Source: Trichoplax adhaerens
Taxonomy: Eukaryota > Animalia > Placozoa
NCBI RefSeq assembly: GCF_000150275.1
Contig: NW_002060944.1
Coordinates: 3,786,123-3,850,122 of the forward strand
Reading direction: 5' to 3'
Length of the DNA stretch: 64,000 nt
Made by a program: the position numbers and the translations under genes. Positions within the stretch are counted from its first letter, which is position 1; each line of letters begins with the position of its first letter. The notes beneath the pieces were generated by a model. It was not told the DNA's origin, did not search any database, and saw only the letters and a list, made by a program, of their open reading frames with translations. This document shows, one piece after another, positions 12,501 through 27,000 of this stretch.

Positions 12501-15171
12501 CTAACTAAAAATGCTTTTCCTAATTAACTATATCTCAGTAATCAGATAACCAAGTTGAGGCAATCGAATAAGCAAAATTAATAATAATAACTATAAGTGT
12601 AGATACAGACACCGTGAGTAATAATCAAGAAAATGGTAATAAAATTCACTCATAAATAAAACAAGCGATGATCTAACTACAAACGAATTGAAAAGACTTC
12701 CCAAATTAAATTAAATATTGATTGGAATGACTGAACCTGTAAGGTAATGTGATGAAAAGAATGGAAAAAAATCATTCTTCGAGAAAGACTTTTAGATAAA
12801 TCGAGATAGCAAAATCTCTGACCAGAAACTGTATTATTCAATATTGAATAATCGACTACATCGATGAGGAAATGATTTTGGTAAGCATGATGTGACAATC
12901 AACAAGAAATGTCAAATTTCTAAAATTAGCTACGGACGTAATGAAAATCGTAGGATATATTACTAAAAATTCTATGGCAAATAAAAATCAAGTTATGGTA
13001 CTTAAACTTAACAACAGATACTATTAAATAGCTATTTAATACGTGTTGAAAATTTCTTCAAATATACGAATAGAATGAAAGGAAGGATATTATCAAACCA
13101 GAGTGCACGACATTGATGTGATGTTAGGCAGAAAAATTTTCTACAATTTTATTTAATATCATACTCACTATTAAGAATAATTATCAGGATACTATTATAG
13201 ATTTTAGCTGGTGCTATAGATGAAATAGAGTAAGTGTCTAAACCTTTTATCACTTCATGTTGGGGATCGAAGGTATATAAGTTTATTACGAATTAGCAAA
13301 TAGTATACGGGTGAATTCTTATTTACGTTATCAATCCATTCTTGATTTAAAAAATTATCAATCGCTAATAAAAATTCTTGTTTAAATCAAGAAACTGGTA
13401 CCTATAATACATTTTGAATAAGCTATTAAGTAAACTAGCCGTAAGAGTTGAGGATTATAATATATAATATACAGGTCATTGATTTCCTGAGTACTGACAC
13501 TGCATAGAATCCGATTGTTACAGTGTTACACACTGTAATATCGAGATTAGAGCAGAAATATCTACGTTAAGATAATTTTATTGGTTTACCGTTATGTAAT
13601 TGTAACTTACTTATGGTATATTGTAGATTATCATGAAAATGTTCCATAATAGAACATATTGTAATCTGACTATTTTGCGTTAGTCATTAGATTTCTATGT
13701 TCGTAAATACTGCTATCTCCATTAGGTACCAGTACATAAATTAGCTTTTGATTCATTAGAAGATTTCAACTTTAATATTACTAACTAGGATGTCTAACTA
13801 TTGCAAAAAGAGTATATAAATGCAGTATATCGTATAATAAAGAGAGTTCTTAAGATTAGTGTTTAACGCAAAATACGAGGGGTCCAAGTCTTTGTGTTGT
13901 CTGCTAGTATAGGAAAAGTGTTCCTGATAGGGTAGGTATTACTCACTGATATGTGGTTCAGGGAATCGACTTATTGATCGTAAATTACGTTATCTTGTTC
14001 CAAAGCTATTTTGTAATAACGATTTAATTGATGCTACCTATCAGTTGCCTTCGTAAAATTTTGATCGATACCATATACATATATTTATTTCTATTACAAC
14101 GTTGAAATGAATTCTTTATTATTTGTATGTTAGCAAATCAACCAGTTTAATTATCAATTCTTTTCCTATAGGTCAAAACACACTTAAATAGAGAATGCCA
14201 TATTATGCGATGAGAAATATGGCGTGACGATTATTTGCTGAAAGGAACTATTTATTACAGTATCAAGTCGAATGGAATATTTCTATTGAAATCTAGAGTA
14301 AAAAATATTCCATAAATAGATAAGTTGTAATAATATAATTGCAATTAATCTTTATCTTTCTTGATAATATGTACCTATACTATGCATTTTAAAGTTGATT
14401 CATATATAGAGAGAGAGAGAACGAGAGAGAATTTAATACATCGAGTGTGATTAACTTGGGAAATATAATTAAGTAAATCAGAGTTAAATTGACAAAATGA
14501 TTAAATCAATATCCGCTAGAACACGTACCAATCTTTAGAAGTCCATTAAAGATTAGTGAAGAAAATTAAATTAGTCTCCGCTATAATTGTACTGTTACAC
14601 TATTCATAATCGTAATAATAATAATAATAGATTAACAATAAAATCATTTTTAAGTTGTTTATGCACATGGAAGTCTTTAAATTAACTGAGCCATCGTAAA
14701 CGTAAATTAATTTTGCCTTTATAAGTCTGTGCGGCTTATTTTTAAGGGTCGAATAAAAATTTTTAATTCCATCCGATATTAGGATAGATATATGACCGAA
14801 TTGAAGAATCTCATTAAAAAATAATGAGGATTACAGTTAACCCACTCTTTACCACGGGTTCAAACCATGACGGAAACTTATGAGTCTTTCTCGATTCATA
14901 TCTTTTCCTCTTATTGATGCAAAGGATATGAGGTAGGTGAAATCAAATCGATTAATATATTCATCAATAACTGAATAATAACTAACCAGCATGATCTTTT
15001 TAGTCATGCATAGTGGCTATAGGATCTATTTTCTATAGTAAAGAACGTCAACGATATAATAGAGTCAACCAAAAAATCTATTTTATTATCAGACTTATTT
15101 ATTGTTCAAGTACTTGTAGCCGGATAATCCTATTCTATATACCTATACCATTTCCTTAAGGAATTGCTCCT

Positions 15172-16215
15172 TCATTCAAATAGTTTAACCACATAAGTGT
15201 TATTCGTAAAGGATGATGAAGTTCTTTTCTTCTTAAGAGCTTGACAGCGGAATAATTCCAGAAATCCTTGACGATAGTATTTATTAGAGACGGCATAGAT
15301 TAATGGATTAAGCATTGAATTAAGTGCCATGAGTATTTTAGTAATACGCCGTGCAGTATGATTGGTCTGCCATTGTGGCTCATATAATGTTACGGTATAA
15401 AAAATTTCATTAGGTAACCAACAAACTAAGAAAGTTATTGCGGCTATACAACTCATGATTGTTACTTGCTTGCGAATAGTAATATCACGTTTGCAATAAT
15501 GAACGTGATTGCCACTACTACTGTTATTTCTTTCACGATGACTTGAGTAAAGTAATCGCCACCCTATATTAGCATAAATAGCAACAATTATTAAACTAGG
15601 TATAAAGATACGAATCACTTCCAGTACAGTGACTAAAATTTTCTTATCCTTTCCTTTAAAAAAGTAAGTTCTTACGCAATAAGAACCATTGGGACTAGCA
15701 GTTAAATTTAAGGCATTATCCGTTGCTAAGCCAATATTAGCAAACCATATGATTAAAATAACCATCAATGCTCGCTTTTTAGTACAAAACTCTTTATAAT
15801 AAAACGGTCTAGCAATAGCATACCAACGATCGATACATATAGCTAGTAGTGTCCATACAGAGACAAAACCTAACATAAAGAAAAAGCTATTGGAGGAGAC
15901 CAAACGACAGAATAACTCAAGTCCAAAATGAGGATATGGAAAAATAGGCTTGGGTATCACAAAACCAGGTAAAATGATCATCAATAGACCTGCCATCATG
16001 TCGGCAATAGCCAAATTTAAGAATAGATATTCTGCTGCTTTAGTGGTTGATGATTTCTTCATATATATAACGATACAAAACATGAGATTGCTAATAACTG
16101 AGAAGATAGCTATAAGGGCAAAAATGGAAGATATAACATAACTGCCAATACTGAGCTCGTTAATACTACCTTGAGAATTATTATCATTCGATTCGGAATT
16201 ATTGATTGAATCCAT
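15172..16215 (-). CDS. Intronless class A GPCR, paralogue of 6209-7309, ~347 aa from the ATG at 16215
   Basis: Seven TM helices; LAIAD, DRW, CWLPNE, NSMLNPLIY; long identical stretches with GPCR 1 (GLELFCRL, FFMLGF.SVWTLLAIC.DRW). The ORF-track start at 16236 is TTG; the first in-frame ATG is at 16215. Confidence 0.95.
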   Translation of the reverse strand: MDSINNSESNDNNSQGSINELSIGSYVISSIFALIAIFSVISNLMFCIVIYMKKSSTTKAAEYLFLNLAIADMMAGLLMIILPGFVIPKPIFPYPHFGLELFCRLVSSNSFFFMLGFVSVWTLLAICIDRWYAIARPFYYKEFCTKKRALMVILIIWFANIGLATDNALNLTASPNGSYCVRTYFFKGKDKKILVTVLEVIRIFIPSLIIVAIYANIGWRLLYSSHRERNNSSSGNHVHYCKRDITIRKQVTIMSCIAAITFLVCWLPNEIFYTVTLYEPQWQTNHTARRITKILMALNSMLNPLIYAVSNKYYRQGFLELFRCQALKKKRTSSSFTNNTYVVKLFE

Positions 16216-17399
16216 TAAATCCGTTATAGTCTTCAAAATTGAATAACACAGAAGGTAATGAAGCCAATGGATCGAAATATTACTTTTTGTCTATTTAAAC
16301 TAAAAAATACTTGAAATGATATTTCTTGAGAGGGAAAGACAAATGTGCTAGCTTGAAAAAAGACTCTTTTGAAATTTGTTTATTACTAACACGTCGAACT
16401 TCGTTAACCTTCTGTCAAATAAATTGTAAGGGATTTTTTTCAATAATGAGATGCAATTCAATTTTGAGCAATCAATACGATTAATATCGTTCAGTTAGCA
16501 TATCATTATAGATTTATATAATTTATGAAATTTCAACTGTCTATTTGCTAATTTCTATACTGTATGAATACGTTAGTAAGACATAGTAGCAACAGTAATA
16601 TATTCTATTGTAGATTAACCGCGTCATAGCTAAATAATGGAAATTTCTTATAGTTAAAGCATTAATCTACTATAAATTACTATTGTTGCATTGATGACTA
16701 TTATCAAGACTATATGACATAACAACGATGACATCAACAATCATAATTACAATTCTCATTGAAAAAATCAAATAATAGCTTACATAATATTCCATATACG
16801 GTGGCTGACCATCATTATATTCAAAGTCTGGACTTTATTACCATTTGGATATTCAATAAATTGGCACCAATTGTGCATTTATTCAATCTATCTACAATAC
16901 TATGTCGTGAAACTATACATGATAATTGAACTGCATGGAAAATTATTTATTATATTTAATCTCTTTTCTCTTTCTAACTTGTTCCTCATAGACATGTGTT
17001 GGTATTCGATAAACAGGAGTTTTAATTTAATTCTACGAGTATTTCTCAATTATTGACCTTGTCATCTATATTGCTTTCAAGGAAATTATCCGTGTAAGAA
17101 ACCGTTTACACAGTATGAATATATTATAGATATTAAAGGAAAATTTTATTGTTCAATTATGCATCGTCTTCCAACAATTATATTTAAGATTACAAGCGGT
17201 ACTTAGAGACACGTTATACATAAGATATATGTAAACAAATTATTACTTAAAAAATTGCTTACTCGTAAATAATAGTATTTGTATGCTGATATTTTGCCGG
17301 TAATAATTCGTTTTGATTACTACAATCTTTTAATCAAATTTATAGTAATTGTATTACTGAAAATACGATATAGGAAATTGTAAAATTGTAATGTACTTC

Positions 17400-17951
17400 T
17401 GTGATATATACCAATCACGAAATTCCAAATTTTAGAAAAATAAGGGCTTTATTCAATCTTATACAAAGATTAACTACACATAGCTCTACTCTAGCCGAAT
17501 ACTACTACTAAAGACTTCTACAACGAACTAACAGAATAATCTAAAGTTGCATGCTTTTATACTTTTCGTAGCATTCGCAGCTACAATCCGCATAGCAACC
17601 TTTTACCTTATTTTACACATAGTTAACTTATTCTTAGTAAGACTATTCTACTGCGGACCATCATTAATCCAATATGGATACGACTACGGTACTTACGTAG
17701 ACATCATTCACACCAGCCAAAGTACAATGAATTAACCATATCCTAATATATGATTTACAGTTCTATTTTTACCTATAGCCTTATTAGTAACTCAACAGCT
17801 TACTGTATATAGTCATCTGTACTCTAACATAGAGTCCATACCACTACAGTCTATAGTTATAGCTACCAGATATCTCTTAGGATAAACATCTACCGTACAT
17901 TATACTAAACATGGCTAACTGTCCACAATCACAATGCTAAGTTACATTACA
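17400..17951 (-). mobile_element. Solo LTR, family X, copy 2
   Basis: TGTGAT...ATTACA termini; TSD ACTTC (17395-17399, 17952-17956). The empty site gtACTTCgcttatttcaaatatttga is preserved in a local duplicate at ~18077-18102. Confidence 0.9.
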
Positions 17952-19994
17952 ACTTCGCTTATTTCAAATATTTGATATAAACAATGCATCCTAACTGAAT
18001 TCAACAGTCGCACTTAAAATTTAGGGAGGAAATAGTATTGTTGGAAATACGATATAGGAAATTGCAAAATTGCAATGTACTTCGCTTATTTCAAATATTT
18101 GACATTAAGTAGCGAAAATAATGTCATTCCAAACTCTAAGTCATACTCTATATTTATGTTAATATATGATATAACTAATGAAACTATTAAACAGTGGCAT
18201 TACTCTCTCACCGTATATTAGGTTCATTACAGTTGACTAACAGAAACAATTGATTGATAATCTTAATACATTTTTATTAAATTTGCATATTGTCAGACTG
18301 GATGACAAATGGTTGTACACTTTATTAGAATTATTATTTACAATCTATACATTTCGTTACCCTAACTTCATCAATCATCTACGCATTCAAAATTGAAGTT
18401 ATCGATTTCGGCAATAATCCGTATTCTTACTTATGATTAAAATAAATCGATACGAATATCATAATGCGATATCTTAGCCCTTAACTCTTGGCATTATATC
18501 GAAATGGAAACGAATCGTAGCCTATGTTTCAAATTAAGGTTCTAGACTATACTGACTCTCTATTTGCATTGAGATAAGGTAAAAATGAAAATTTGCTTGC
18601 CGAATTAATTAAATAATTTACACAAGTTAAATGCATCTTCATTAATATGTATTGTCACCAATTTCCATATATTCTCGTCACAAAAATTAATCGGAGAAAT
18701 TTCTGTGGTCTTCTTTATCTTGATAAACTTATCGAGATCAGTATTCCAAAATAACTATTAACTTCTTACTCAAGTTTTAGGGCAGAAACAAGTATAGACT
18801 GTCTCCTTGGCCTAAATGATAAATTATCGAACTCATTTTATTACTTCGTATATTAAGCTTAAATACTATTTCGATGTTCTTCCGCAAGATTATTTGCGCA
18901 AACCATGAAGTAACAGTGGAATCATCCGAGGCCGATAATATATTACTTTATTCAAATTTAAATTTCAACTGTTACTCCATAGAGCTAATAAATACATATG
19001 TTATATCATAAGCATGCGCTCTAATATCGGTAAAATTGGTATTAATCAATTTCTAAAATTATTTATCAGTCATATAACTTAATGAAAGTTTAACGCAAAA
19101 ATTAAAATTATGTCTAGTGTAATCTGAACGGCTTATTTTTTATATTTATATACAATCGAGTGTATAAGCTGGTATTTAACCTTGATGACAAGCTATGTCT
19201 ACTGTAAAACAACCAATGCAATAAATCTAGTTATCCCAGTGATCTAACATAGTTTTCTATCAAGTGATTTTGTGTATATTGACAACAAGCTTAAGAATAA
19301 CAACATTTAGATGCAAATATGCCAAACGATAAGAAAATTCAGAAGGGAATATCGAAATAAATTAAAAACAGTAGGGCTATCGTTAATATCTATTCACGTA
19401 GAACCATTATCGTATGTTAAAGTTACATTTGTAAAATATTAATTACAGGAACAGAAAATATTAGATGATGCTGTCGTGTGAGTAATCATAAAGGAATTTT
19501 CGATAAATACAATGTGTAGAATGAATTTTAAGTTGTATTGCAACAGATATGATAAAATATTACTAAGGAAGCGTAGCAGGGTAACTGATCTGTAATGGTT
19601 TAAAACCGTTATTATTTATAGATCTGTCAAGATGCGGTTAAATATAGGCTAACTGAAAAGGTAACTTAAAAATTTTCAAAAACAGTTGCGCCAAATAAGA
19701 ATTTCGGAGGCAATAATCTTGATAATTGATGGCTAGATTAGCAGAGCAAATTAAAATATTCTCAGAAGAAGTATATTGAAATTATACTATGATCAAATAT
19801 TCAGAGATTAGAGACGAAATGATTGCAACATTGCTTATACTGGACAAAAAATAAGGACAAAAATTTTAAAACAATTCTAGATAAAATAGAGCATGCAAAT
19901 TGAGAATTTTGCTATTCATTGGAAAATTTAAGATTAATAAATTATAGTAGTGAAAAGCGCTAGCACTAGATAGAATAAAGTAGCTAATGAAATA

Positions 19995-20205
19995 TGGTAG
20001 AATGCTGCTATGCTGATTGTAGCTGCGAATGCTACGGAGAGTATAAAAGCGGGAGGCATTAAATTATCTGATTGTTCTTTCTAGAAGTCTTTCAGTAGTT
20101 GTATTCGGCTAGAGTAGAGTTGGGCGTAGCTAGTCTTTTGTTATATTTAATACAGTTCTAATTTTCTACAACTTTGGAATTTTAGTGATTGGATTTTATC
20201 ATAAG
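19995..20205 (+). mobile_element. Degenerate fragment of LTR family X (further remnants at ~20255-20280, 20900-20950, 21350-21575)
   Basis: gctgcgaatgctacg...gtataaaagc...gtattcggctagagtagag...ttttctacaactttggaatt matches X copies. Confidence 0.65.
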
Positions 20206-22850
20206 CATATTTAATAGCTCATAGCCATAATCTGTAATTAAATACTCTATTGTGTGTTCGAGTACAGATGAACATATGCGGTAGAATGTTCAGCCAATTG
20301 TTACAAATCTCCTTTTTAACTAGAAACCGGGTCTTAAACACTATCTTCACTAGTACTCGTGTTCCCAACTAACTTAGGGACCTATCGTAGTTGAACTAAC
20401 TCTCAGCTACACAAATAAGCTACTAATGAGTAATAGGTTTAAATACTTCACTTTATTTACGTTGATCTTAGTCGTAAAATGTACTAAAGAAAAACGTAAG
20501 AATATTCTTAGCAAAAATAGTCAAAAGATCCTGCAAGTGACGAAATGGAACTGAGCAGCTAGGCTAGTGCTCGGTTTTTTATAGTCTTGGCCAACGCCGA
20601 TGGTGCATTTGTGAATATTCTTGACATAGCGACTTACACTGTACAGTATACATATCCTAGTATACACTTAAGGTGTTATCAATTAACGTTTACTGACTAA
20701 GCGTGTTAGCTCCGACACGTCAACAATATTGAACTTTCTGATACCTTGGCAATAACAAGTACTTATTAATAAACATTAATATCTAATAAGCTACTGGAGC
20801 AAACAATAATTTAAATGAGATATTTTAATTAACATAGCAATTAATATTTCGGAGCATGGCTCCTTAACACCAATATTTAGACTTAGGGTACAACGAAAAT
20901 AGTCATAGACTGTAATGAAAGATTCTACAGTATGTTAGAGTACAGATGATCATATACCTTTACATTCAATAAATTTCGATAAACGTTCAATTATACGAAA
21001 ACAAACAACTACTAACAAATTTAAAGCTTGTTTCTTTCAAAGTAGTCTCCATAGGCCTTTAAACAGGACTGCCATCTTGCTGGCCAGTTTTCGTGTGCTT
21101 TGTAATATTCATCCTTACCAACAGATTTAACTTCTTTTGTTGCCTAAGCTTAAATTTCTTCAAATATCTTTCCTTTTAAGCTTTACTTCATTTTCGGAAA
21201 CAGAAAATAATCTATTAGACTATCTTGGGAAGTACTAAATAACAAGATAAATTGTCTAATAATAATAAATTAAAATTTATCATTTCTTATTGAATACAAC
21301 AGTATAATAAGTATTGAGTCGCTATTGATGCTAGAGTTAAAAGTATATATGTAACACAAATTTTTAGGATATGGTTAGTTCATCTTATTTTGGTTGGAGG
21401 AATAATGTCGACGTCAATACTGTCGCTGTTATCAATTAGATTATATTGTAGTATTCCGCTGTAAAGTGCTGTTACTAATAATCAATATAGACATAGCATA
21501 AACACTATAAAAATCGAATTACGTTCTAATTTTTTACAAATTTAGAATTATTTCGATCGATTATATCACAAAAGTTTACTGCATTCAACATTAGCTGTAA
21601 CTACTTATCTTATGATATCTGAATATAGAATTTTACTGATCTAGCTTTACATCGACTCCATAGATTCTATCTATACTCGTATACTTATAGCCTCTTCAAA
21701 TGTCAAATATATCTAATATTTACTCTTTCAGGTTACTTTTGCTAATTATAACGTTTAGTAAGTAAAATGCTTATCTTGAATTGAGGAGCACTAATGGAAG
21801 TAGGGTACAGTCTTATCAAATTGATATTTTCTATTACATTAATCACTCGAAAGAGAAAAGAAGGCTTGCAATTCTTTATAGAGAGAACCGATGTCATGAA
21901 CTGAATTTTATTAAATGAAATAAGCGATAAATAGATAGTGTTATCAATAGTCGAAATATTAGAATATTAAAAATCATTATATACGTATAGGAGAAGATCA
22001 GATTTTTATCAGTATAGCCTCCTAGCACAAGAAACAACATTACTAATCAAACTCTAGTAAAACAGAATGTAATGGCTATTACCATTATTAAATAAATTAG
22101 TAGATTAATCGATAGTACAAATAGTCGTTTAGGGGGAGTATAAAACAAATCTTTTCGATAAATAAACGTATGCCTACACATTTCGTGAAGAATGGAATTA
22201 GGCAACTAATTTTTAGCCATTATCCTTTAAATCGATGTATGCTATACTAAATCACTTATCATGGAATGATATTAACTATGCCGCTGTACGATTTGTAATA
22301 AGTATTTCGATAGTATTTGAGTTTAATGTAAGAACATTCTCATCATCCACAACTACTGTTCGTAATTTATAAAAGAAAATGCAGCAATAGATCACTGGCA
22401 TTCGTATTCCATTCCTAGAAACTATCTAATGATGCTCTTACGACCAGTAAATGGTACCGCAGCTATTCAAAGGAAATAAACCTATTCAAGAAAGAGGGCT
22501 TTTCAGTGGTACGTACAGTATTATTAATAACGGAAATTGGGATTAGAAAAATAAATTTAAGAATCGATAAAATTGAGCACATGTGTGCAGGTGTAAACTG
22601 TCAATTGGAACTGGATGATTAATTTTTAGATGATATATTTGCTAATGATATCTATTCGGACAACTTAATTATTTAATCATAATTAAAATGTTTTCATCTA
22701 CAACAACAAAACTAGGGTAAAAGGGACCTAATAAGAATTACTTAATAACTTGTATATACTTAAAACTATAGCTTAGATGTTGACTTCCAATTTCGATAAA
22801 ACTTTATGCGTAGAAGTTTATGTTTCTCTTTAATATATATTCAATATATC

Positions 22851-23402
22851 TGTGATATATACCAATCACGAAATTCCAAATTTTAGAAAAATAAGGGCTT
22901 TATTCAATCTTATACAAAGATTAACTACACAGCTCTACTCTAGCCGAATACTACTTCTAAAGACTTCTTGAACGAACTAACAGAATAATCTAAAGTTGTA
23001 TGCTTTTGTACTTTCCATAGCATTCGCAGCTACAATCCGCATGGCAACCTTTTACCTTATTTTACACATAGTTAACTTATTCTTAGTAAGACTATTCTAC
23101 TGCGGACCATCATTAATCCAATATGGATACGACTACGGTACTTACGTAGACATTATTCACACCAGCCAAAGTACAATGAATTAACCATATCCTAATATAT
23201 ATGATTTACAGTTCTATTTTTACCTATAGCCTTATTAGTAACTCAATAGCTTACTGTATATAGTCATCTGTACTCTAACATAGAGTCTCTACCACTACAG
23301 TCAATAGTTACAGCTACCAAATATCTCTTAGGATAAATATCTACCGTGCATTATACTACACATGGCTAACTGTCCACAATCACAATACTAAGTTACATTA
23401 CA
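22851..23402 (-). mobile_element. Solo LTR, family X, copy 3
   Basis: TGTGAT...ATTACA termini; TSD ATATC (22846-22850, 23403-23407); near-identical to 17400-17951; ~150 bp downstream of the gene A stop. Confidence 0.9.
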
Positions 23403-23553
23403 ATATCGCATAATGAAAAGTTACTATGTAAGTAGTTACATGAAATAGGAAAATTTTTTAACATATTATCATGTTAATTTAAGGTCCCATAGAATGAAAA
23501 AGAATACCATTATGCGTACATAGGTGGTTCACTTTATCACATACCGAAATACT

Positions 23554-24095
23554 TTAATTTTCATATCCGGAATGCATTAAGACTGTAGTTTCATCGTCAT
23601 TATCATCATTAGTATCACTTAAATTGCTGATACTGGTATGCAGATAGCTTGGACACAAGCCATGATAGCAATTGTATATAGTATCATGTAATTCTTGCTT
23701 AAAGTTTTCTTGATCATCATCATTCCACTTTTCATCCCATGTAAGACATTCCATTTGATCAAGATTATCAGGATAATTTCGAGGGTCATTAATTAAAATA
23801 GGTAAAATAGGAATGCCACCTGTACTAATGCAATCGTCGATAATACTTTTCACGCAAGGTATAAAATGTTGACATTTCATTTCATTTCCTTCTTCGACTT
23901 GATCTTCATGCAGTAAAACTACCATTCGAAAATGTCGAATAAATTTTAAATAAATAGTAGGATGAATATCATAAGGAGCATTGTTGAACATCGTCATGAT
24001 TTGGCCATCGAAATAGCGCTTTAGCTGCGATACTATCGTTGTTGTAAGATCAACAGCAGGTTGAGTATAACAATGTCTTATAATTAAAATTTTCT
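23554..24095 (-). CDS. Gene A last exon: TIR/SEFIR-like cytoplasmic domain plus acidic tail
   Basis: Acceptor tgtag|. Translation KILIIRHCYTQPAVDLTTTIVSQLKRYFDG...YLKFIRHFRMVVLLH...IPILPILINDPRNYPDNLDQMECLTWDE...QENFKQELHDTI has an alternating beta/alpha pattern and a box-3-like end. Confidence 0.75.
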
Positions 24096-27000
24096 CTACA
24101 ATTTAAAAAAAGAGTGAAAATGAATGAATCAAGGGAAAGTTGGATCGATATTAATTTCCTAGAATTAACATATATCACTTTACAATTATGAAATATTTTA
24201 TCTAACTATTTGTGAAATACGTCAATGGAATGAGATAGTATAAATTCTTAATATAAGAATATCGATCTATTGCTTCTGTTTCAGATCAATGTTTTCTGCA
24301 GCATTAGCGGTATCTGTTACGGTTTACTAGATGATCTTTATTGTAGTTTGAAACTGTTTTATTAACTTTCATAATCTTGAGATTATTTCCAAAATTAGAA
24401 ATCAGAATTGACAAATCACACAACAATATAACAAACTTACCTTTATCGGTTTTAATTTTTGTTGCCATCATTACTTTCGTAAAATAGGAGAGCTTAGTGC
24501 GCCGATCAGGTATAAAGACAACAATCAGGACAACAATCGAAACTAAACCCGTTGAGCTTCCAAAGGTGATAATTAAAATGATCTTTATCGTACCTGAATA
24601 ACAGACAAGAAGGAGTAATTGGTATCTATATTAAAAGAGAGGCATGAATGAGGCAATAATGATTTAACGTAGGATCCATGTCGGGCTATCAATCGTCTGC
24701 CCATACTATTACAACGATTGATTTAGTCAAGCGAAAGTCCTATATAATCGATTTAAAATAACGCTTTCTAGCTACTTGAAAATTTCAATTCTATTTCATG
24801 ATAACACTAATCTATCGCTAAATATATAAGATTAGCGCTCTCTAGCCAAAACGAACGACAGTTAACTATGGATTTAAGATTATTACTCGAATGGATCGAT
24901 CAAGTTACTTTTACGGGTAATCAAAATCATGGTGGATCGGTGGCTAAAATATTGAACTTCCTCTCAATAAATTGTTCATTGGCAATTATGATTAAATAGT
25001 TCAACGGATGAGATGAACTTACTGTAGCTCGGGATTTAACTTAAGCTGTTCCATCGCTTGGACAGTATTTTATACTGCACAATATTTGTTCGAGAGCATG
25101 CCTTAATACGACATATTGCTATATGCAATATTAGTTCTAGCCTGTGATATCTTCAATGTCTTTAAATTACTATTGTAGTTAACTTTAAATTCGACATTAC
25201 CTGAACGAATTATGTTATAAACTCATTACTACTGGAGTTCAAATAGATAAAGAGACTGTAATCTAAAATTTGATTGACTGTTCTTGGTTGGCTGGTAAAA
25301 AGTAATGAATCTAATTAACGCCTGAAATTAGCATTTCCTCACAGTAATGGATTATAAGGATTATCAATAAAGTCAAAACAACGACCGCCATGACTGGCAA
25401 TAGATGATAAACAATTTCATTAAAGCATGAATGCGATAGTCGTAGGAACTGAAGTTATTCTTAGCATCAAAGTGAATTCGGTGAATAACAATCATAGTGA
25501 TCATGTTCATGTTCTTACTTGATGATTTAACAGTCCAGCTTTGATGGCCCGGCACAGTTTTACATGGATTAACTGATTGACATGAAATATTTCCAAGATC
25601 TTCACCCTCCGTTCGATAGATTGTCAAAGTGCTAACTGTGGTAGTATCATTAATGACCTTTGTCCTTTGAAATCGGAAAGGATAAGGAAGACATTGAGTT
25701 TGATTACATTTCGTCCATTGGATTTGAGGCCTTGGATTTCCTCTAGCGAAGCAAGAAAATGTAACAGAAGAATCCTTCTCTTTATCCTTTCGAGCGCTAA
25801 GAATTATACCGCTGTTAATACATTCTAGAATAGAAAAGAAGTATTCCCATCGAATTAATACTTGTGCAAGGATAGTCTTACAGTTTAATCAAGTTAGAGC
25901 ATAGTAAAGTAGCTTAATAGCACCAATCGGTGCAGAAGAGCCAATGATACTGGAGAATAACACAATTATTTGCGATTAGAAGCTGGATTTGTATAGAACT
26001 TAGCTATCACCATCAAGTAGTGACTGATAAAGACAAAAATCATCTTGACTAATGGTCATCCAATCTTATTGAACATGTGCATATTCAAAATTGGTTAGGT
26101 GAAATTGGGAAATGAAAAGCCCAACATCAAAGTGATCAAGAATCGATTATCATTAAAGTAGATTAAGACGATGATCACAGAAGGCACAAATAAATGATTT
26201 CGATACTGTTTTTATCCTCATCAAGTAGTAGCTGAAGTATTGGCTGATAAAGACACAAAATCATCATAAGTTAGGATCATCCATTTCTATTGAGCACGTA
26301 TTTAAGATTGGAAGGGTGAAATGGAAAATAAAAGCTCAAAAAATCAAAACGCTTACGAATCGAATTTTGACTGAGCTATCAAAATTAGAAGCAAACCTTA
26401 CCTTGTGCTTGCAAATTGATAGATGCTTTCATTCCTTGAATACACTGACAATGCACGCCATAGTATTCAAATTGGTATTCTCCAAGATCATCCACGGTCA
26501 CATTTTGAATTCTCAAAGTGATATTGCGCTGACAGCAACCTAGATACGGCTTTGAACTAGAATTAGAGCACGGCCAACTTGAATTAGGGCATGCAAAATT
26601 TGAACTAATCTTGGTATTGGTTCCATCGTTGATGATGATATTTTTTCTTTTAAAATAAAAGCTTGCTTGGTAGGTGCAGTCCACTCCACATTGACATCCT
26701 TGGTATTGCATGGTAAACGTTATATCGTAAGGTAAACCGAAATATGCCAATTGATGAGGTTGAGCCGGTAATAATAGTTTGCAGACATTATCTTTATTAT
26801 AAAAAAAGCAAAAGTTGATCTTAGCCAAGCCATGATTCGACTAATCCTTGGTGCTACTTGATAATAAGTCATGCCAAATGTAGGTTAATTTTTAGACAGT
26901 AATCTCAATAAGATGAAATAATTGAAACTATTCTATCCGATTTCTATCTTTATTTATGTTAAATTTAAGATAAGTCTATGTACTATCGTGGAATTATGAA

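Noticed and set aside
12430-12900. Possible decayed third GPCR between the two intact ones (NNTVSGQRFCY resembles ECL2; LLIRLPQLGY resembles TM6)
   Set aside because: Similarity too weak and interrupted to support by eye; tBLASTn with the neighbouring GPCRs would decide.
17547-17735. 62-aa ORF repeated at 22996-23184
   Set aside because: Lies within solo LTR X; the duplication reflects the element, not a gene.
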